Both the position numbers and the translations under genes were made by a program. From positions 1 to 64,000 of the IMG/VR virus record IMGVR_UViG_3300045988_109366: a stretch of DNA of 64,000 nt; one strand, given 5' to 3'. The first letter of the stretch is position 1. Every line of letters starts with the position of its first letter. Under the pieces are notes generated by a model. The model worked only from the letters and a program-made list of their open reading frames with translations. It ran no database searches and was not told where the DNA came from. Below, piece by piece: positions 35,271 to 43,700 of this stretch. The stretch is from a virus.

Positions 35271-36905
35271 ATGGAAGATTTTCAAGGTAAATACAATGGT
35301 AAGCAGATAGAGCAGCTTTTGGATAAGGCTAATGATATTGATCTTTCCAAATACGCTCTTAAGACGGATAACGCTCCTACCGCCACAAAATTACAGGCAG
35401 CTAGGACTATAGTGCTGTCCGGGGCTGTTAGCGGTAGTGTCTCATCGGACTTTGGAAGTAATGTTACTATCTCCACGACATTGTCGAACTTCGACGCCTC
35501 TAAGATCGCGTCCGGAACCATCAGCATAGATAGGTTACCTAAGGCGGCTTTGGAGAGATTGATCGTGGTAGCTGATGATACGGCAAGGTTTAAACTTACT
35601 ACAGCCACGGCTCAGGTCGGGGACACGGTTAAGGTAACGGCCACGAATAAGATGTATCTGGTCAAGGATGATAGTAAGTTGAATACCGAGGATGGTTACG
35701 AGCCTTATACGGCAAGTTCGGCGTCATCTGTGCCATGGTCTGGAGTGACCGGCAAACCTAGCACCTTCGCTCCACCTACGGCGGCGGCCTCCACCTTAGG
35801 TGGCGTAAAGGTAGGATACACGACTTCTGGCAAGAACTATAAGTTACAGGTTGACGCTTCTGGTAACGCTTTTGTTAATGTTCCATGGACAGATAATAAT
35901 ACGACCTATAATCAGGCCACGGCTGACACTTTAGGATTGGTTAAGATCGGTTATACCTCTAGTGGGAAGAACTATGCCGTATCCTTGGATGCTAATGGTA
36001 AGATGTATGTGAATGTCCCTTGGACTGACAATAACACGACTTACACCCAAGCCACGAGCGATAAATTGGGTCTTGTTAAGATCGGGTATTCGGCTAACGG
36101 AAAGAATTACCCGGTAGCTCTTGACGGAAATGGTAAGATGTATGTGAACGTTCCGTGGACGGACACCAACACCACATATTCCAATATGGGGGCGGCGACC
36201 TCCTCGGCTGCGGGAAAGGCCGGCTTGGTCCCCGCACCTGCCGCCGGAGCGCAAGCCAAGTATCTTCGTGGTGATGGAACATGGCAAACCCCTCCTAATA
36301 CCACATATAGCAACATGGGTGGAGCGACGTCCTCAGCCGCAGGATCGGCGGGATTGGTACCCGCTCCGGCTGCCGGCAAGCAAACCTCTTTCCTTCGTGG
36401 TGATGGCACATGGGTCGTGCCTACCAATACCACGTACGGGTTGGCCTCCACTTCCGCCAACGGCTTATTGAGACAGCTTAATGGTAGCACCTCTAATTTT
36501 ATGCGTGGAGATGGTACATGGGCTACCCCTCCTAACACGACATATGCCGTGGCCAACGAATCCACTAATGGATTGATGGCGGCCGCCGATAAGAAGACCA
36601 TGAACAGGCTTATAGGGGTTAATACGGTCACGACATTAGCCAGCTTACCTATCTCTAAAAGAAGCATCACGGCCACGCTATCAGCGGCTACCACCCTATC
36701 CGTGGCGTCAGGTATGCAGATAGGAGAGGAGCTGATGATCAGGTGTGTCCCGTCTGCGGTCTTTACTCAAGCCATACCAAATTCAGGAGCTTATGTAAGC
36801 ATGAGTGGTACTTCTATAACCACTACGGCTAACAAGCCTTTCGAGATAAATATCTGGTGTTACGCTTCAGGCAAGTATAGCATCGCTGTTAAAGAACAAG
36901 ATTAA
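35271..36905 (+). CDS. Tail fibre protein with tandem repeats and AGLVPAPAAG..(F/Y)LRGDGTW motifs
   Basis: Start set at MEDFQGKYNGKQIE, paralogous to 13978. Three about 45-aa repeats (LGLVKIGY..GKNY..VNVPWTD.NTTY) plus three GDGTW units. Confidence 0.85.
   Translation: MEDFQGKYNGKQIEQLLDKANDIDLSKYALKTDNAPTATKLQAARTIVLSGAVSGSVSSDFGSNVTISTTLSNFDASKIASGTISIDRLPKAALERLIVVADDTARFKLTTATAQVGDTVKVTATNKMYLVKDDSKLNTEDGYEPYTASSASSVPWSGVTGKPSTFAPPTAAASTLGGVKVGYTTSGKNYKLQVDASGNAFVNVPWTDNNTTYNQATADTLGLVKIGYTSSGKNYAVSLDANGKMYVNVPWTDNNTTYTQATSDKLGLVKIGYSANGKNYPVALDGNGKMYVNVPWTDTNTTYSNMGAATSSAAGKAGLVPAPAAGAQAKYLRGDGTWQTPPNTTYSNMGGATSSAAGSAGLVPAPAAGKQTSFLRGDGTWVVPTNTTYGLASTSANGLLRQLNGSTSNFMRGDGTWATPPNTTYAVANESTNGLMAAADKKTMNRLIGVNTVTTLASLPISKRSITATLSAATTLSVASGMQIGEELMIRCVPSAVFTQAIPNSGAYVSMSGTSITTTANKPFEINIWCYASGKYSIAVKEQD
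35790..36545 (+). repeat. In-frame tandem repeat region of the fibre gene (3 x about 45 aa, then 3 x about 38-40 aa)
   Basis: Protein-level periodicity. Nucleotide copies are diverged at synonymous sites. Confidence 0.8.
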
Positions 36906-36915
36906 AGAATAGATT

Positions 36916-37965
36916 ATGGCATATACATATATAAACAGGGAAATATATCCCAATATGTTGGTTTTAGACGAACCTCTTGATGATAATTACGCTAAGGGTA
37001 ATAGTTATGATGATTATATTAATGGCAATCCGATTCCATGGATAGAGCTGAGACAAGAACAACTTTCGTTCAAGGAAGCTAATCCTAAAGCCACGGTTAA
37101 GGAGATCATTGAGGCTAGATTAGATGAGTCAAGGGTTCTTAACGAGGAGAAATCGGCTAAATATGAGGAGCTGAGATCTTATGAGACTGAAAATCTCCAT
37201 GAGTTTTTCTTGGATGATCAAGATATTTATATTCCTGAATATGACAGACGTAGCGCTTTGGCTGATGGGGCTATAGTCGGTAAGATAACGATTATGGGTC
37301 TGGAGTTCGATATGACGGAAGGCAAGATCTTGATCGGGATGATGGATAAGTACGATAACGATCTGACAACGGCGTTAGGGGACAAGCAAAAGCAGATCAG
37401 TATAGCCACTACCGTAGAACAGGTGAGAGCTGTCGATGTTCAGTCCGGCTATCCTGATAAGGTAAGTGTTACCACGGCGTACATCCAGCAGCAGGCGAAG
37501 GAGAAGGATGCTCTCGATCCTCAAAAAGTAGCTGTCGAGTTTTCTAGGATGTTGGTTAATGACAAATCTTTATCCTTATCATCCAACGAGAAATTGGATG
37601 TTAAGGTCCTATTTCCTATATGGGGACAAGAAGGAGCGGAGTTCGGGCTATCCGTGGATACCGGATTTTGTCTTAGGGTAGTTAAGGAGGATACGGATAT
37701 CCTTTACGAGGTTATCCAGCCTCATACGTTATCGTCAGAATGGGAGCCTGGACTCAGTACGGCCTCCTTATATAAGGTTGTTGACAAGGAGCATGCCGGG
37801 ACTATAGGTGATCCTATCCCTTATTTCCCTCCTATGGAGATATTTAAGGATAAATATTACATTCAGAACGCTGACGTGTATAAATGCACAAGGGATAGTG
37901 GAACTCCTCTTAGTCATAATTTAAAGGACTTAGTAGGGTTGTATGTTGAGGTTGTACAGGGCTAG
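36916..37965 (+). CDS. Hypothetical protein (349 aa) downstream of the fibre gene
   Basis: ORF starts 10 nt after the fibre stop. Confidence 0.75.
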   Translation: MAYTYINREIYPNMLVLDEPLDDNYAKGNSYDDYINGNPIPWIELRQEQLSFKEANPKATVKEIIEARLDESRVLNEEKSAKYEELRSYETENLHEFFLDDQDIYIPEYDRRSALADGAIVGKITIMGLEFDMTEGKILIGMMDKYDNDLTTALGDKQKQISIATTVEQVRAVDVQSGYPDKVSVTTAYIQQQAKEKDALDPQKVAVEFSRMLVNDKSLSLSSNEKLDVKVLFPIWGQEGAEFGLSVDTGFCLRVVKEDTDILYEVIQPHTLSSEWEPGLSTASLYKVVDKEHAGTIGDPIPYFPPMEIFKDKYYIQNADVYKCTRDSGTPLSHNLKDLVGLYVEVVQG

Positions 37966-37974
37966 TCGTATCTA

Positions 37975-37982
37975 CCCCCCCC
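37975..37982 (+). repeat. C8 homopolymer tract abutting a promoter box
   Basis: Eight C immediately 5' of TATATTTG (37983-37990). Confidence 0.95.
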
Positions 37983-37990
37983 TATATTTG
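37983..37990 (+). promoter_or_regulatory. -7 promoter box TATATTTG
   Basis: 62 nt upstream of ATG 38053. Confidence 0.5.
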
Positions 37991-38052
37991 GCTTGTGATA
38001 TGATATGAGTTATTTTTGGCATAATAAAATGACATTTATAAATAAATAGATT

Positions 38053-38712
38053 ATGGCTTCACGAAAATTTGGTTTCGTAATCGTCGACCCGGTATCAGGA
38101 TCAGGAGATCAGGCGGTTAATATCTCCGGTGAGAAACACACCGGTCGTCTTCAACGCACTATCAACCTTACGGTCACCACGAACGGCGGGGCTAAGAAGG
38201 CGTTGGTAGTTAATCAGGCAGCGGCTGCTGAGGTGGTAAGATCAGACAGCCCTAACGCTTCCGTACAAAAGACAGGTGGTAATGTTACCATCACCGGTAA
38301 GTCTAACAGTACTAAGCTTACATTTTCGGTCACGTCGGCTGAGGAGAACGGGCTTACGTTACAGCTCCCGGCTAACTACACGGCGGCTGGAAAGACTACG
38401 GCTAACGGAGCGGTTATCGCCGACGACCCCGGAGCCGCTGGCGAGTTCGTTTGGAGCATCACGATCTCGGACGTACCGGCCAACGTCACGATCGAGGAAC
38501 TGACAGCTACATTGAAGGTAACTGCCGCTGGTGGCCAGATAGCCAACGTGACGGTAACGCAAGCCGCTGGAAACTCTACTATCGAGCTTGACAAGGAGAC
38601 TATTAACTTGGATGTAAATGGTACTCAACAGACGGTTAACGTAACATCTAACGACAGCTGGACTTGGGCGCAAGCAGCCGCCAGAACCGTATTGAGAATG
38701 ATGGGACGATAA
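38053..38712 (+). CDS. Ig/BACON-like repeat surface protein (219 aa)
   Basis: SGSGDQAVNISGEKHTGRLQRTINLTVTT..KKALVVNQ and VNVTSNDSW patterns. Confidence 0.7.
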   Translation: MASRKFGFVIVDPVSGSGDQAVNISGEKHTGRLQRTINLTVTTNGGAKKALVVNQAAAAEVVRSDSPNASVQKTGGNVTITGKSNSTKLTFSVTSAEENGLTLQLPANYTAAGKTTANGAVIADDPGAAGEFVWSITISDVPANVTIEELTATLKVTAAGGQIANVTVTQAAGNSTIELDKETINLDVNGTQQTVNVTSNDSWTWAQAAARTVLRMMGR

Positions 38713-38776
38713 TCAGTTTCTTTTCGTTTACTCAGACCCCGATCGACTTAAGCCGGTTGGGGTTTATTTATTTTAC

Positions 38777-38784
38777 TATCTTTG
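38777..38784 (+). promoter_or_regulatory. -7 promoter box TATCTTTG
   Basis: 26 nt upstream of ATG 38811. Confidence 0.6.
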
Positions 38785-38810
38785 CAATAGAACGAAAAAA
38801 CGATATATAT

Positions 38811-39812
38811 ATGGCTAATGATTTGAATATTAATTGGAAAGACGGGGTAGGTGAGGTAACGGACCAGCCTCTGACCATCAGCCCGGGGTCCGGGACCGGT
38901 AACTCCGCTGTTTCTTTTGGCTCGGTAATGAACAAAGGTCTTGATCGTACCCTTGAGTTGGAGATAACAACTGCCAAAGGCGTTAAGAAGACGCTTACGG
39001 TGAATCAGGAGGGATGTAGGCAGGCTTATATCACAAGCGACGGTAAACGGTGGCTGACTAGCGACAATCGGGTGTATGGGGTGTTGAAGAGTGACGCTCC
39101 GTGTCAGTGCAACGGTACTTGCCTTATTTCTTATGTTCGCCCTGATGGAAGTATAACGTACACACCTTCCGATGATTGTATAGGCGTTGTCCTTAACGCT
39201 CAAGGTAAGAGATTTATGATTGAGAAATATGAGGATCTTAATGAAAGCTATGTAACAGCCGGAGCCGGGAAGGACAGCACTTCCATTTTTTATTGGGGTG
39301 GATATGGTACGGATCAGACCGGCATTACAAATTATAACAAAGTAGATGGAAGTGATATTAGAGGTTACCTAAAACCGGAGTCGGGTTCATACAATGGTAC
39401 CCCTAACCTTTCGGCAAATATTACTGCCTGGACAAGCGGGGCTTTATCTGATTGGAATGGAAAATCCAATTCAGAGATATTAAAAGGAATAACTACCGGT
39501 GGTGGGTCTTATACTTCCTATGCGACAATTGGCCATGTGCTTAATACGTTCTTAGCTAGTGCTGACGCTAAAGGATATGATGATTGGTATATCCCATCAT
39601 GCGCTCAACTTGCGTTAATATTTATGAACTTGACGAGTGTCAATAACGCATTATCGGCTATTGGTGGACAACAACTCAGTCCATCCAAAGCCTATTGGGT
39701 TAGCTCAGAGTTTGACTCCAACAGCGGGCATCGCGTGTACTTCAAAGATGGCAGCGTGAACGGCAGCAGTAAGGGCAGCCGTTATAGTGTGCGGTTCATC
39801 AGGGACATTTAA
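38811..39812 (+). CDS. BACON-like N-terminal module plus DUF1566-like C-terminal domain protein
   Basis: ATG is in frame with track ORF 38664-39812. C-terminal WYIPSCAQLALIF...YWVSSE...VRFIRDI resembles DUF1566. Confidence 0.7.
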   Translation: MANDLNINWKDGVGEVTDQPLTISPGSGTGNSAVSFGSVMNKGLDRTLELEITTAKGVKKTLTVNQEGCRQAYITSDGKRWLTSDNRVYGVLKSDAPCQCNGTCLISYVRPDGSITYTPSDDCIGVVLNAQGKRFMIEKYEDLNESYVTAGAGKDSTSIFYWGGYGTDQTGITNYNKVDGSDIRGYLKPESGSYNGTPNLSANITAWTSGALSDWNGKSNSEILKGITTGGGSYTSYATIGHVLNTFLASADAKGYDDWYIPSCAQLALIFMNLTSVNNALSAIGGQQLSPSKAYWVSSEFDSNSGHRVYFKDGSVNGSSKGSRYSVRFIRDI

Positions 39813-39847
39813 CCATGGAACTGCTTTGTTTTTACAAAATCTGTAAT

Positions 39848-39855
39848 TACATTTG
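39848..39855 (+). promoter_or_regulatory. -7 promoter box TACATTTG
   Basis: Precedes the structured leader at 39860-39942. Confidence 0.5.
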
Positions 39856-39859
39856 TGGC

Positions 39860-39942
39860 GCATGTCCATCACCATGCTTTTCATCGCTAATTTATTATAA
39901 AGGGATACAGGTCTGTGATGGGATCGGTATCCCTGTTTTTTT
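39860..39942 (+). promoter_or_regulatory. Structured leader / small RNA: two hairpins with complementary loops, second hairpin terminator-like
   Basis: H1 gcatg-tccatcac-catgc (39860-39877). H2 agggatac...gtgatgg...gtatccct (39901-39934), then T7. Confidence 0.5.
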
Positions 39943-39946
39943 AGAT

Positions 39947-40225
39947 ATGAAGAAGATAGATGTTTTCGATGTTCAGATTCCTGATGGGAGACAAATCCGT
40001 TGTATGTCGTATAATAAGGTTACTTATTTTGATCTTGACGATATATGTAAGTTATGTTTCAGTTCATACGATTTACATGATGTGGCTGACACTAAGGTCA
40101 TGAGTGAGTTCTTGCGTCGTGATGGGAATCGTTATTGGACTACGATAGATGGCGTAAGGCAGTTGTATCGTAGGATTGAGTGTAAGATGTGTTTTAAGGT
40201 AATAGAGAAATTGAGAAAGTTATGA
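39947..40225 (+). CDS. Hypothetical protein (92 aa)
   Basis: ATG after the leader, in frame with track ORF 39815-40225. Confidence 0.55.
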   Translation: MKKIDVFDVQIPDGRQIRCMSYNKVTYFDLDDICKLCFSSYDLHDVADTKVMSEFLRRDGNRYWTTIDGVRQLYRRIECKMCFKVIEKLRKL

Positions 40226-40623
40226 GGGAGCAGAAATTTGATTTCGTGATATATCCGTTGGATTTGATTATCACGGTTGGGTTGGATTATAAGACGTCGT
40301 GTGATCGTTTCGAGAATATGGAACCTGAACACGAGGGGAAATGGGGAGATGAAGATGATATGGATAAGGAGGCGTCTTTCGCAAATTTGGTAAGGGATAG
40401 GGATGATGACGATAAATTCGCCATACTTTGGAATTTTTCGAGCGACGATGATTTAATAATGAGAAATATATGTCACGAGTCATTCCATATAGCAATGAGC
40501 GTATGTCAGTTTTGTAATATGTCGCTTGGATTTAAGGTCGGAGAGGATGAACATGCGGTGTATATAGCCGGTTTTGCTGGTGATTGCGTTAGTGAGTTCA
40601 TCAATAGCAAGAATATGGATTAA
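40222..40623 (+). CDS. Small protein with HExxH motif (CHESFHIAM); putative metallopeptidase-like
   Basis: 133-aa ORF with an ATGA overlap with the upstream gene. Confidence 0.5.
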   Translation: MREQKFDFVIYPLDLIITVGLDYKTSCDRFENMEPEHEGKWGDEDDMDKEASFANLVRDRDDDDKFAILWNFSSDDDLIMRNICHESFHIAMSVCQFCNMSLGFKVGEDEHAVYIAGFAGDCVSEFINSKNMD

Positions 40624-40655
40624 GTCATAAATTATATAAATAATATAAGAATATC

Positions 40656-40684
40656 AGCCTCCGCTTATTTGTGGGGGCTTTTTA
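40656..40684 (+). terminator. Intrinsic terminator
   Basis: agcctcc/gggggct stem, then a T-run. Confidence 0.6.
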
Positions 40685-40686
40685 TT

Positions 40687-40694
40687 TATCTTTG
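40687..40694 (+). promoter_or_regulatory. -7 promoter box TATCTTTG
   Basis: 15 nt upstream of ATG 40710. Confidence 0.6.
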
Positions 40695-40709
40695 TAAAAA
40701 CATGAAGTT

Positions 40710-43700
40710 ATGTCGAGTTGCGTAATTAAAAGAAATAGTAAGGGTAAGATAACCCGTGTCTTGACCCCTTCCGGCGAGGTATCTACCTTGTTCGACAAGA
40801 TAGCGGGTATAGCCGCCGTAAGTGACCTTAATAAGGCCGCTGAGGCTTATATGACTATTTATAACGATAAGTTCAGGTCTAAGTTCGGAGACTGGACGAG
40901 ATCCGTGCCAAGAAATAAGGAGGCCGCCAGATCCATAAGCGCCAGACTTAGCGCCAGCGAGTGGGGGCAACTTATGTCAGCCAAGGTCCTGTCCGCCATA
41001 AGCGACATGGATGCCCCGGCGTTGGCCAGAAACCTTGGGAATAGCGACAGTGTCGTGGCTTATCTTACCTCCGGAGAGGTAGGTGATGTCAATGATATGG
41101 CGGTGGTAGATACATCCACGGTACAGGAGGTGGATCTGGATTCCATAAACGAGGATAATATTGGCGATACGATACTGAAAGAGGCGTCATGGGATGATAT
41201 AAGGGCTATCAGGGAGAATATAGATATTAAGGAGACAGCCCGTATGTTATGGAAGGCCGTGGAAAGCGCTTTTACCGGGCAACGACCTAATATTAGGGTG
41301 AAGGGTGGAAATATAGATGGTGAGATCATATTTTCTGGTAATGTCTTGCCGTTAAATAATATTGAGAATTATACTCCTCCATCTTCAAGACTGGTATATG
41401 ATTCCGGTGAGCCTCGCCTGTTCTTTAGATCGGATGACGGCAAGATACACGACTCTTACGCCAACGCCATAAAAGGATCGTCCGGTGGGCGGGTCGAGGC
41501 CGGGTTCTTGGCCGGCAGTGTCGAGGAGAGCGACGTCCCGTCCGGTACGGCTGACATCTCCTTTGGCTCTTCCTCCATAACCCTCAATAACAGTGAGTCA
41601 TTTATCCCGGTCCTTGGTATTAGCTCAAACTCAGATATAAGTACTCGTGGAGGGTTTATTAATTACCTTATCAAGAAAGGTATGTTGAGTGGGGAACGTA
41701 TAAGACTAGGGGATAGATATTATCTTACTGGAGCCGGCAATTCTGATGGTCTTAAGATCTATAACGCTATGAATGCCTTATCCAGCCTCAGGAATAGGTT
41801 TGGAAGTCAATCCTCTGAGATGAACGTATTGGGTTCTATAGGTTTTGATACGGAGGTAAGTAATGATCTTGATCTTATCACGACATCGGGGGAGAAGGTT
41901 ACGGTAAGCAGACCGGAGATCAAGGGTATGTTAAGGCAAGGTAAGTTCGAGGAGCTTAATAATAAGTATGATGGATTCATGGAGCTAGCCTTGTCGTTGA
42001 TGATGGAGGATAACGCTTTGTACGGGAGTAACGTCCGTGGGGTTATCGAGAATGAGAAGGCGGAAGATCTCCAGAATAGGACTGATATCACCAATATCTT
42101 ATCCACGTTAGGCATCCGTGTGATGGGTATGTCTGAGTATATGGATAAGTATAAGATGCGTAATGGCGTGGATCCTTCGGCTAGGGCCTTGTCTGACATG
42201 GCTAATGGGGTTATCGCTTTGGCTGAGGGGGCTACGGTAGAGGATCTCAATGAGGAGGTGGCTCATTTCTTGATCGATACTTATCGTAACCAGCAGGAGA
42301 TTGATGAGGTGCTGGATTCTGTTGTTGGTACGTCGTTATGGAATCAGTTCGCTGGTCGTTACTATGAGGTGTATGGGAAGGAATACCAAGGAGAGGAGTT
42401 GGATCGGATGGTGAAGCGGGAGATCCTAGGCAAGACGTTGGCCCAGCGGTTCGTGCCGGGCATGGAACAGGCGGTAGAGGATCTGGCCTCGTCTGAGGAC
42501 GCCCAGCTCTCCTTGTTTGGCAGGATGGTACGAGCTATACGTAATTTCTTCTCTAGCCAAAGATCGGATTTAAATAAGGTACTTGATAGGATAAAGGAGT
42601 CGGCGTTAGCTGATGATCCAAGCGCCTTTGACGTGCTTCTGCTAAAGGATAGCAATCATCTCATGTATTCGTTATCGGACGTTGACGTGGCTAATAAGTT
42701 GATCAAGAACGGTAGGTCATTGGAAAGGCTATACACTAGATTGCAGAGGATGAGGTCAAGCCAAAGCCAGAGGATCGGTGAGAGTATCTCCCTTCTTCGT
42801 GATATAGGCGAGAAGGTGAGACAAGTCGGTGGTGAGCTTAATAAAAACAACAACCTGCTATCCACCAAGAGTGTCATAGCGACCGCCAAGGCTGAGGTGG
42901 AGTATTTGGTCACTGTTGCCAGTAGCTTGCGTAAGAGCGACAAGGGACTTGATTATGAGACGATACAGGTTATCGATAACGTGTACGGGGAGATAGTGCC
43001 TTTGATCAGGGATCTTCGTGGATTCGTCAATAATCAGGCGGCGGATTATTATGGCGTCAATAAGGTTGGTATGGTAGAGGATATGGATGATATATTACGT
43101 ATGGCTGAGACATCCATGTCCGATATAAACGCCCTTCGAAGTGATCGTAATGAGGACTGGCTGGATGGACAGCTTCGGATGTTTAATATCCCGGAAAGAT
43201 ATTGGAATGGGATAAAGAAGTTGATAAATAACATCCATAAGGATATCAATGTCATGTCCCGATTCTTTGGCACACTGGAGCATAGTGGTAACGCTATTTT
43301 AGGTATGTTAGGCCAACGTCTAGCCAAGGCCCATAATGAAGCCCATATCGAAGGTATATCTAATATCAATAAGATGACTAGGATGATGAAAGAGCGTGGA
43401 TGGGGGATAAAGGATAATGAGGATCTTATACAGAAGATAAATGGGAAGAACTCGGATTACCTTGACTCGTCCCGTGATTTCGCCAAATACGATTTACTAT
43501 ACAGGACCGAGCAGGCTAAGGCTATTATCGATATATATGATCTTAAGAATGTTACGGGTAAGACCGAGAAACAACTTATCGATCTTCTTCTATCCGATAG
43601 AGGCCTTAAGGTGAAGACCCGTGACGACATAGTAGGATATGACGGGGATAAGCCTATTACGAAGGAGGTATATCATGTATTCAAACCTACCATCCAGAAT

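Noticed and set aside
38640-38720. Programmed -1 frameshift extending the BACON-like protein 38053-38712 into overlapping ORF 38664-39812.
   Set aside because: No slippery heptamer or downstream structure is present. A terminatorless gap with a TATCTTTG box (38777) and a good ATG (38811) explains the downstream gene. The alternative-frame peptide is only vaguely domain-like.
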